Below, piece after piece: positions 56,863-64,000 of a stretch of DNA of 64,000 bases. Source of the DNA: Dehalococcoidia bacterium. GTDB lineage: Bacteria; Chloroflexota; Dehalococcoidia; Lucifugimonadales; UBA3495. The position numbers were made by a program, and so were the translations under genes. Under the pieces are notes generated by a model, which was not told the origin of the DNA, made no database searches, and was given only the letters and a program-made list of their open reading frames with translations. Each line of letters begins with the position of its first letter. The stretch's first letter is position 1. Location: NCBI GenBank assembly GCA_965204865.1, contig OZ242027.1:935550-999549 (forward strand), in the 5' to 3' direction.

Positions 56863-57819
56863 TTACAGGCCCAGCAATGTCTCCAGGTTCTTCCAGAGTA
56901 TTGCTTCCTTCTCTTCCAGCGTGAGGCTGGATAGGCCCATCACCCATCCCACGGGCCAGTCAATCATCATGTCGGCGGGCCAGTCGGTGCCAAGCACCAC
57001 GCGGTCAATGCCCACGGTGTCTATGAGGTAGCGCAGGGCCGGTTCGCTGTGGGTGAGGCAGTCGTAGTAGAAGCGGTTGAGGTAGGCGCTGGGGGGCTGC
57101 GAGATGTTTACCCGCGCTTCCGGCCTGACTTTCCAGCCGCGATCCATGCGGCCCGCGCCGTAGCAGGTGTAGCCGCCGCCGTGGGCCAGGCAGATTCTCA
57201 GGTCGGGGCAGGCGTCCATCACGCCGCCGAACACGAAGGTGGCGAAGGTTACGGCGCGGTCGGTCAGGTTGCCGATGGTGTTGGGAAGGTGGTAGCGGTT
57301 GAGGCGGGGAGTAACGGTAGTCGGCAGGGCCTGGTGAATCAACAGCACCGCGCCCATCTGTTCCGCAGCTTTCCAGAAGGGTAGAAACTGCGGGTCGTCG
57401 AAGGTGTGGCCGTTCACATGGTCACCGATCATCGCGCCCTTGAAGCCGAGCTGCGCCACGGCGCGTTCCAGTTCAGCAATGGCCGACGGTACGTCCTGCA
57501 TCGGCAGCGTGGCCAGCCCCGCCAGCCGGTCGGGGTGGTCCATAGTCATCTGGTGCACTTCGTCGTTGCAGTCATTGGCTATAGCGACCGTGGTGGAGAC
57601 TTCAGCGTCGTACTTGTAGAAGGCAACGTTGGTCGAGACAATCTGCACGTCTACGCCGATGGAATCCATGTCCTCGATGCGCTGCTCCGGCGTCCAGGCA
57701 TTGCGGGGGTTGTGCAGCTCGCCATCGGCGGCGGTCATGCCATGCCAGGGGCGTCCCTGCAATACCTCGCGCTGGAAGCACTGGGGCGTGGAATGGGCGT
57801 GGATGTCTATGGCCCGCAT
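56863..57819 (-). CDS. Amidohydrolase-2 protein, ACMSD/LigW-like
   Basis: MRAIDIHAHSTP, LPMQD, LAHGGGY, GTDWP. Confidence 0.85.
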   Translation of the reverse strand: MRAIDIHAHSTPQCFQREVLQGRPWHGMTAADGELHNPRNAWTPEQRIEDMDSIGVDVQIVSTNVAFYKYDAEVSTTVAIANDCNDEVHQMTMDHPDRLAGLATLPMQDVPSAIAELERAVAQLGFKGAMIGDHVNGHTFDDPQFLPFWKAAEQMGAVLLIHQALPTTVTPRLNRYHLPNTIGNLTDRAVTFATFVFGGVMDACPDLRICLAHGGGYTCYGAGRMDRGWKVRPEARVNISQPPSAYLNRFYYDCLTHSEPALRYLIDTVGIDRVVLGTDWPADMMIDWPVGWVMGLSSLTLEEKEAILWKNLETLLGL

Positions 57820-57865
57820 TGATTACCTCGCTGGATGATTTTTGACGCAATGGCGCAAATGCACG

Positions 57866-57900
57866 CCCTCGCCCTAGCCCTCTCCCAGAGGGAGAGGGAA
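57866..57900 (+). repeat. REP-A copy 12
   Basis: CCCTCGCCCTAGCCCTCTCCCAGAGGGAGAGGGAA, between the tandem amidohydrolase genes. Confidence 0.85.
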
Positions 57901-57902
57901 CT

Positions 57903-58874
57903 TTATTCGATGCCCAACAGCCTCTCCATGTTCTTCCAGAGAATGGCCTCTTTCTCTTCGTCTGTCAGGCTTTCCAGACTAAGCACCCAGGAAACGGGCC
58001 AGTCTATCGCCATATCCGCTGGCCAGTCGGTGCCGAAGACCACGCGCTCTATGCCCACGGTGTCTATGAGCATCCGCAGGGCGGGTTCGCTGTGGGTCAG
58101 GCAGTCGTAGTAGAACTTGTCGAGATACGCGCTGGGGGGCTGCTGGATATTGACTCTGGCCTCGGAGCGCACCTGCCAGCCCCGGTCCATCCGGCCTGCG
58201 CCGAAGCAGGTGTAGCCGCCGCCGTGGGCCAGGCATACCTTGAGGTCGGGGCACTTGTCCATCACTCCGCCGAAGACGAAGGACGCGAAGGTGACGGCGC
58301 GGTCAACGAGGTTGCCGATGGTGTTGGCCAAGTGGTAGCGATTCAGGCGGGGCGTGACCAGGGTGTCGCCGCCCTGCTGGTGGATGAACATAACGGCGCC
58401 CATCTGCTCCGCCGCCTGCCAGAGGGGCAGGTACTCCGGTTCGTCGAAGGTGCGTCCGTTGGCGGTGTCGTTAATCATCGCGCCGACGAAACCGAGGTTG
58501 TTCATCACGTGGTCCAGTTCTTTGATGGCCGCGTTCACGTCCTGCATCGGAATCTGGGCGAACCCCTTGAACCTGTCGGGGTAGTCCATGGTCATCTGGT
58601 GGACTTCTTCGTTGCACTCCCGGTGCATGGCGGCTATGACCTGGGGGTCCTTGTCGTAGAAGTAGAAGGCGGCCCCGGTGGACACCACGTGCACGTCCAC
58701 GCCCAGGGAGTTCATATCGTTAAGGCGCTGCTCCGGGGTCCAGACGGCGCGAGGCGCAACCCGCATTGTGCCCGGCTTGACGCCATGCCATTCTTCGCCC
58801 CGGTCCATGGCGCGGATGAAGCATTGGGGTGTCAGGTGCGCGTGGATGTCTATGCTTTTCACAGGTCTCTCCAT
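57903..58874 (-). CDS. Amidohydrolase-2 protein, ACMSD/LigW-like
   Basis: KSIDIHAHLTP, IPMQD, LAHGGGY, GTDWP. Tandem with 56863..57819. Confidence 0.85.
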   Translation of the reverse strand: MERPVKSIDIHAHLTPQCFIRAMDRGEEWHGVKPGTMRVAPRAVWTPEQRLNDMNSLGVDVHVVSTGAAFYFYDKDPQVIAAMHRECNEEVHQMTMDYPDRFKGFAQIPMQDVNAAIKELDHVMNNLGFVGAMINDTANGRTFDEPEYLPLWQAAEQMGAVMFIHQQGGDTLVTPRLNRYHLANTIGNLVDRAVTFASFVFGGVMDKCPDLKVCLAHGGGYTCFGAGRMDRGWQVRSEARVNIQQPPSAYLDKFYYDCLTHSEPALRMLIDTVGIERVVFGTDWPADMAIDWPVSWVLSLESLTDEEKEAILWKNMERLLGIE

Positions 58875-58880
58875 AAAACT

Positions 58881-58930
58881 CCCTCTCCCCTCTTGTACAA
58901 ATGCCGGGAGGGAGAGGGTTGGGGTGAGGG
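58881..58930 (-). repeat. REP-A copy 13 with enlarged loop
   Basis: CCCTCTCCCC-TCTTGTACAAATGCCGG-GAGGGAGAGGGTTGGGGTGAGGG. The loop carries the CTTGTACAA motif. Confidence 0.7.
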
Positions 58931-58947
58931 GGGAAGCATTCTAGCTG

Positions 58948-59862
58948 CTACCGGCCTCGCTGCCGGGGGTCGAGGATGTCGCGCAGGGCGTCGCCGGCAA
59001 AGGCGAATCCCAATACCGTTATGCTCAGGGCCATGCCAGGGAAAACGAGCATCCAGGGAGCGGTTCTTAGGAACTGGGCCGCCTGGCCGGTGAGCATTCC
59101 GCCCCAGGACGGGGTGGGCGGCTCGATGCCCAGCCCGAGGAAAGACAGACCAGCCTCGGTGAGTATGGCCGTTCCGAACATGGACGACATAATGATGAGG
59201 AAGGGGGCCATGGAGTTAGGCGCAATGTGCCGCAGGATTACGCGCCAGTCGGATGCGCCGATGGCGCGGGCCGACAGCACGTAGTCGGACTCGCGCAACG
59301 AGATGGTGGAGGCGCGAATTACGCGGACTCCCCTGGGCAGGATGGTCGCGGCGATGGCGATGATGAGGATTTCCATGGACTGTTCGCCCAGGGCTGCCAC
59401 GATGGCCAGGGCCAGGATGAGATCGGGCAGCGCCATCCACATATCTATGAGCCGCTGCATCCCGGAATCCAGATAGCCCATAAAGTAGCCGGAAATCAGC
59501 CCCAGCAGCGCTCCCACCCCGGTGCCAAGCACCACCGAGGCGAAGCCGACCAGCAAGGACACCCGCGCCCCGTGGACCACGCGGCTGAACACGTCCCGCC
59601 CGAACTCGTCGGTGCCGAAAAGGTGGGTCGCCCCCGGCGCGACCCGGACCGCATCGTACTTCTGGGCCTGGTAGTCGAAGGGCGCTATGAGGTCGGCGAA
59701 TATGGCTACCACGGCAACTATCAGCACCACTATGAGGCCGATGGAGCCCAGCGGCTTGGAGCGCAGGTGGTGCCAGGCCATGCGGGCGAAGGTGCGTTGC
59801 CTTCGCTCCAGCCCGGCGGCCTGATCGCTGTCCCTTTCCAATATGTGGGTTGATTCGGCCAC
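58948..59862 (-). CDS. ABC transporter permease (DppC/OppC-like)
   Basis: GTG start. IAPFDY...HLFGTDEFGRD, EAGLSFLGLGIEPPTPSWG, AGDALRDILDPRQ. Confidence 0.9.
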   Translation of the reverse strand: MAESTHILERDSDQAAGLERRQRTFARMAWHHLRSKPLGSIGLIVVLIVAVVAIFADLIAPFDYQAQKYDAVRVAPGATHLFGTDEFGRDVFSRVVHGARVSLLVGFASVVLGTGVGALLGLISGYFMGYLDSGMQRLIDMWMALPDLILALAIVAALGEQSMEILIIAIAATILPRGVRVIRASTISLRESDYVLSARAIGASDWRVILRHIAPNSMAPFLIIMSSMFGTAILTEAGLSFLGLGIEPPTPSWGGMLTGQAAQFLRTAPWMLVFPGMALSITVLGFAFAGDALRDILDPRQRGR

Positions 59863-59865
59863 TCG

Positions 59866-59900
59866 CCCTCACCCTAACCCTCTCCCAGAGGGAGAGGGAA
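59866..59900 (+). repeat. REP-A copy 14
   Basis: CCCTCACCCTAACCCTCTCCCAGAGGGAGAGGGAA, between the two permease genes. Confidence 0.9.
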
Positions 59901-59937
59901 ATTATATTGGCCTTCCCGCGCTTGTATAGATACGGGC

Positions 59938-60900
59938 CTAGCCGTAGCGGATGCGCGGGTCCAGCAGGCCGTACATGAGGTCAACCACCAGGTTGGCCAG
60001 CAGCACGACCATGGCGATGAACATGATGATTGACTGGATTACCGGAGTATCCCGTCCCGCCACAGCCTGCACCAGCAGTTGGCCGATGCCGGGAATCTGA
60101 AACACCTGCTCGATGACCACCTGCCCGCCGAACAAAATCACGACCTCAAAGCCTGCGAGGGTGGTCACCGGCAGCAGGGCATTGCGCAAAACGTGTACGA
60201 ACAGAATTTTCACTTGTTGCAGTCCCTTGGCGTGGGCGGTGCGAACGTAGTCTTCCCGCAGCACCTCCAGCACCGAGGAGCGGGTCATCCGCAGCATCCC
60301 CGCCGAGCCGCGGGCGCCCACAACCAGGGCCGGGAAAAACATCACCTGAAGGTTTGTCCAGGGGTCTTCCCAAAGGTCCCTGTACGATATGGGGGGTTTC
60401 CAATCGAATATGACAGCCAGCCCGACCAGCAGCAGCAGCCCCAGCCAGAAGTTGGGCATTGACTCGAAAATCATGCTGAAGAAGCGCAGGCCGTAGTCAA
60501 TGAGCGTGTCCTGGCGCACGGCGGCAATGACGCCGAAGGGAATCGCCACGATCACCGCTATGGCCACTGCCATCACGGCCAACTGCGCGCTGACGGCGAT
60601 CCGCGGCAGCATACGGTCGGCGACGGACTGGCGGTTGGTGAGAGATTGTCCCAAGTCTCCGGTGAAGAAGTCGGCGGCCCAGTCCCGGTACTGGACAATG
60701 ATGTTTCGGTCCAGTCCCAGTTGTTCTCGAACGCGCTGGATTTCCTCCTCGGTAGCCAGGTTGGCGCGGTCTTCGCCTCCCAGCACCACAGAAGTGGCAT
60801 AGTCGCCGGGAATGACGTGAAGGAGAAAGAATATAACGATGGACACGCCGACGGCAGTCGGGACAAACAGAAGCATTCGTCGGATGATGTAGCTGGTCAT
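59938..60900 (-). CDS. ABC transporter permease (DppB/OppB-like)
   Basis: MTSYIIRRMLLF start and DLMYGLLDPRIRYG end. Confidence 0.9.
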   Translation of the reverse strand: MTSYIIRRMLLFVPTAVGVSIVIFFLLHVIPGDYATSVVLGGEDRANLATEEEIQRVREQLGLDRNIIVQYRDWAADFFTGDLGQSLTNRQSVADRMLPRIAVSAQLAVMAVAIAVIVAIPFGVIAAVRQDTLIDYGLRFFSMIFESMPNFWLGLLLLVGLAVIFDWKPPISYRDLWEDPWTNLQVMFFPALVVGARGSAGMLRMTRSSVLEVLREDYVRTAHAKGLQQVKILFVHVLRNALLPVTTLAGFEVVILFGGQVVIEQVFQIPGIGQLLVQAVAGRDTPVIQSIIMFIAMVVLLANLVVDLMYGLLDPRIRYG

Positions 60901-60964
60901 CTGCCTATCCTATTGCTGTTGGCGTGCCCTGTTGCTACTGATGAGTGAACTAATTTCCAAGCCC

Positions 60965-60994
60965 CCGTCATTCCTGCTTTCGCGGGAATGACGG
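60965..60994. repeat. REP-C copy 5
   Basis: CCGTCATTCCTGCTTTCGCGGGAATGACGG, near-perfect palindrome in the SBP-permease intercistronic gap. Confidence 0.8.
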
Positions 60995-61123
60995 TAGAGG
61001 CGCGTCAGAGTTTAGTTGTTGATACACCCGGCAGTAAGAGCGTCCCAACCGTTCATCCCATCATTTGTACAAGCGCGGAAGCTCAGGACAAACGGTTGGG
61101 GGTAGCCGAGTTACGGGCTCAGG

Positions 61124-63133
61124 CTAGACGCCGCCGGGGACGCCGGAAGTCTGGCCGCTGAAGCCGCTGTCATCCTTGTGGCTTTCATCAAGCCAGAGCT
61201 GCTCCCAGCGGACGAAGGAGCCGGACGGCTGCGGGTGATGGTAGTAGCCGCGCACCTCGGGCCAGAAAGCCACGGCTTCCTGCTCCCAGTACAGCGGGAA
61301 CTTCCAGTACTGCTCCATGGCATAGAGCTGCAACTCGTCGGACAGGGCCTTGCGAGCCGCCGCGTCTACGGTGGTGGCTACCTGGTCCAGCAGGTCCTCG
61401 GCCCTTTGGTCGCAGTCCGTGCCCGGTGTCCAGTGGTTGTTGGACGAGATGCAACGGAAGTAGTAGCCCATTCCCAGGGCTGGGTCGTCTGCTGGCATGG
61501 TGTCGTTGCGCGGCAGGATGTCGCCCCAAGAGCCTTCCGAAGTCTGCTTGCGGTAGGCGACGGTCTCCACCAGGTCGAAGTCGGTCTGAATGCCCAGCAG
61601 GCGCAACTGTTCCTGGAAGAAGGTGGCGCGGGCCTGCACCTGCTCATCCGACTCTACGGTGAAGGTGAAGGTCTCGCCGAAGGGGAATCCTTCCTCTTCG
61701 AGGATGGCCCGGGCCTCGGCGCGGCGGGCGTCCCAGTCGCCACCCTCGGGTGGACACCAGCCCGGCACGGCGCAGCCGGCGGCCTGGTCCAGAGACCAGG
61801 GGCTGCCCGGCACCATCAGGAAGCCGGTGGAGCCGTGGCCGTCTTGCAGGATGCGGATGCCGGTGTCGCGGTCAATGCCCATGGTGACGGCCTGGCGCAC
61901 CCGGACGTTGTCGAAGGGGGCGTTGCGGGCGTTCAGCCACAGGGTGTGATGGCCGCGGGTGGCGCGGATGACTGTCTGAATCTGGTCATGCTCGACGTAA
62001 GAATCGTACTGCCCCCAGTTGCGCACCCAGTGCCAGTCGGTCTGGTGAGCCAGCATGGCCGACTGCTGCGCCGACTCGTCCAGGATGCCGAAGAGCTTCA
62101 CGTGGTCAACGTAAGGCAGGCCGTCCTTGAAGTAGTTTTCGTTCTTGTAGAAGTCCTGCTCGTCAATGCCGACGCTCTGACCTTCGCCCCAAGTGAAGGG
62201 GCCGGTGCCTACGGAGACGTCGGTGAACATGGAGTCTTCGCCGTTGGCCTCGAACCAGGCCTTGTTGAAAATCAGCGCGGCGCGGTCGGTGAAGGCCAGG
62301 AGCGCGGTGGCGTTGGGCTCCACGAAATTGAGCTCCAGGGTCAGATCGTCCAGGCAGGACGAGGCAGGCATATCCAGAAAGCCCAGCTTGCCCTGCATCT
62401 CGCTGGAGGTCACCCCTTGGCCGGTGACCATGGTCTCCAGGGTGAAGCGGGCGTCTTCGCAGGTGAAAGGCTCGCCGTTGTGCCACATGATGTTGTCGTG
62501 GAAGAACAAGGTCAGGCCAGTGGCGCCTTCGTGATTGGTCCAGCCCCTGGCCAGGTCGGGGATGATTTTGCCGGCGTCGTAGGGGTCGCCCTGCACAAGG
62601 TTGTTGTGAGTGGGTGTGCGGTAGCGTATGGCGGCGCCGGTCAAGGCTCCCCAGACGTTGCCGTGTTCCAGCGGGTCTTCGTAGTTGATGCGGATGGTGC
62701 CGCCGTATACCGGATCGCCGTAGAAGTCCGTGGGCGGGTTCCAGTATTCGGCCATGGCGGGCGCGTAGTCCGGCTCCGCCATCATGCCGGGCGCCACGGC
62801 GGTGGGAGCGGCCGTGGGGACAGCAGTGGGCAGAGGAGCCCTGGTGGGTGTGGGATCCGGCGCTCCGGGCGCGGCAGTAGGAGCCGGAGCCGGAGGCTGG
62901 GTCGGCGCCGGGGCCTGTGTAGGCGCGGGCGCGCCGGGGGCGGCGGTTGGCGCCGGGGCCGCAGTGGCGGCCGGCGCTGCCGGAGCCTCGGTTGCGGCAG
63001 GAACCGGGGTGGCCGTTGCCGATTCCCCACAGGCTGCCGCCAGAACCGGAATCAGGAACAACATTGCCAACAGAGCGAATCTGGTCATTTGAAGTCTCAG
63101 GCCGACGGGCCGATTCCAGCGGAAACCTGTCAT
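61124..63133 (-). CDS. ABC transporter substrate-binding lipoprotein, family 5
   Basis: 669 aa. ATG 63133 follows GGAGGAG. Lipobox LAAACGE, long P/A/T linker, family-5 SBP core. Confidence 0.9.
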   Translation of the reverse strand: MTGFRWNRPVGLRLQMTRFALLAMLFLIPVLAAACGESATATPVPAATEAPAAPAATAAPAPTAAPGAPAPTQAPAPTQPPAPAPTAAPGAPDPTPTRAPLPTAVPTAAPTAVAPGMMAEPDYAPAMAEYWNPPTDFYGDPVYGGTIRINYEDPLEHGNVWGALTGAAIRYRTPTHNNLVQGDPYDAGKIIPDLARGWTNHEGATGLTLFFHDNIMWHNGEPFTCEDARFTLETMVTGQGVTSSEMQGKLGFLDMPASSCLDDLTLELNFVEPNATALLAFTDRAALIFNKAWFEANGEDSMFTDVSVGTGPFTWGEGQSVGIDEQDFYKNENYFKDGLPYVDHVKLFGILDESAQQSAMLAHQTDWHWVRNWGQYDSYVEHDQIQTVIRATRGHHTLWLNARNAPFDNVRVRQAVTMGIDRDTGIRILQDGHGSTGFLMVPGSPWSLDQAAGCAVPGWCPPEGGDWDARRAEARAILEEEGFPFGETFTFTVESDEQVQARATFFQEQLRLLGIQTDFDLVETVAYRKQTSEGSWGDILPRNDTMPADDPALGMGYYFRCISSNNHWTPGTDCDQRAEDLLDQVATTVDAAARKALSDELQLYAMEQYWKFPLYWEQEAVAFWPEVRGYYHHPQPSGSFVRWEQLWLDESHKDDSGFSGQTSGVPGGV

Positions 63134-63191
63134 CTATCTCTCCTCCAAGTTTAGGAAACTCCTCACCGTTGCCCGAACGGTACGGCGGGGT

Positions 63192-63220
63192 ACTCTATAT
63201 TCCGTTTGGCCCTGTGTCAA
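63192..63220 (-). promoter_or_regulatory. Putative promoter of the SBP-permease-permease operon 58948..63133
   Basis: Minus strand TTGACA (63220-63215), 17-nt spacer, TAGAGT (63197-63192). Confidence 0.35.
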
Positions 63221-63237
63221 CCAGGACGATTGCAAAG

Positions 63238-64000
63238 TCAGGAGATTTGACCATAAAGGCGTTGGATGGTCCGTTCGGGCCGGAAGGCGCAGGTTTTGGC
63301 TCGCAGGGGCATGGACATTCGGAGGGGAAACCACCCTTCCAGGCTGAGGGAGTTCAACGCTGTGTTGACCAGGATTGCGTAGACTTCGCCCAGACCGGGA
63401 CGGCGCAGCGTGTGGACGTCCTCATCCCAACTGCGGTCTTTCACGTGATGCAGGCTGTTCTCCACCTTCCAGTGGCTGCGGATCACTCCAAGCAAATCTT
63501 TCGGTGCGCACCGCCGGAAACTCAGGCTGGTCAGCAGATGCCAGCGCTCCCGGCTCACCTCCCCGGTGGCTATGTCCATCCTCTCCTTTTCCAACATCAC
63601 TCCCTGCCTGGCCCCGGGGAAGCCCAGCTCCTCCCGGATATAGTCGGCTAGCACCCCATCGGTCCAGATGCGCCGCCGCTCAATCACGCCCGCTTTTTTT
63701 CCACGGTCTCCGCCTCGGGCTCCCCCAATTCCTCCCCAGCAAACCCACCTGCCAACGCCGTAAGCACCTCGGGCCGGTTCCCTTTGATTCGCACCAGATA
63801 GTCCCGCCCGTGGCTTACTATGGCCTGGCAAAGATCCCGCTCCGCATACAGGGCGTCCATGGTCAGCAACTGCAGGCCAGGATAGCTCTCAAACAGCCAG
63901 CCCAGTTGCTCCCGCAACACCCCGGGCTCGTACCGTTTCTCCGATGCCGGCCACTGGGCCAGGCACAACCTCAGGTCGTGGGCCAGCACGTTCACCATCA
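63238..64000 (-). mobile_element. DDE transposase gene of IS4/ISAs1 type, split by a frameshift at an A7 run; 5' end outside window
   Basis: Two overlapping minus-strand ORFs (63684..63998 and 63238..63831). Their meaningful parts join at 63694-63700: ...EAETVEKK | KKAGVIERRRIW... The C-terminal IRSHWKVENSLHHVKDRSWDEDVH motif is typical of this transposase type. Confidence 0.75.

Noticed and set aside
61178-63154. 658-aa plus-strand ORF. Similar plus-strand ORFs occur at 14525..15952, 47289..48068, 50906..51643 and 58092..59093.
   Set aside because: Same reason: these are shadow ORFs opposite SBP and amidohydrolase genes, with Gly/Arg/Val-rich composition and no start context.

Overview
GC-rich, densely coding bacterial chromosome segment with about 55 protein genes. 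I saw no rRNA, tRNA or CRISPR array. Paralogue families for solute uptake and oxidative or hydrolytic catabolism dominate. They comprise 7 luciferase-like (LLM) flavin oxidoreductases, 5 amidohydrolase-2 proteins (4 of them ACMSD/LigW-like, in two tandem pairs), 2 GMC oxidoreductases, an epoxide hydrolase, an SMP-30-type lactonase and two alpha/beta hydrolases. Transport genes include 3 peptide/opine-type ABC importer gene sets with family-5 binding proteins, a tandem array of 5 stand-alone TRAP-type (DctP-like) binding lipoproteins, an internally duplicated PstS-like binding protein, and an MFS transporter with an in-frame TGA. truD and a partial, frameshifted DDE transposase at the right edge complete the set. 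All 9 binding proteins carry an L-A-C-G lipobox followed by a Pro/Ala/Thr-rich linker. I recognised no transcription-factor gene. This gene content resembles published descriptions of marine SAR202-type Chloroflexota, but that is inference only; I ran no search. The most unusual features, in order: (1) the five-cassette orphan TRAP-SBP array, where each copy has its own near-identical promoter and terminator. (2) Three families of short GC-rich hairpin repeats, two of which also sit in-frame inside conserved enzyme genes; one is read as LR(Q/S)AQ(D/N) in five unrelated proteins. (3) The fused double PstS-like protein. (4) The in-frame TGA at a probable conserved Cys position of the MFS gene. 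Coordinates of starts, promoters and hairpins come from manual reading and should be treated as approximate to within a few nucleotides.
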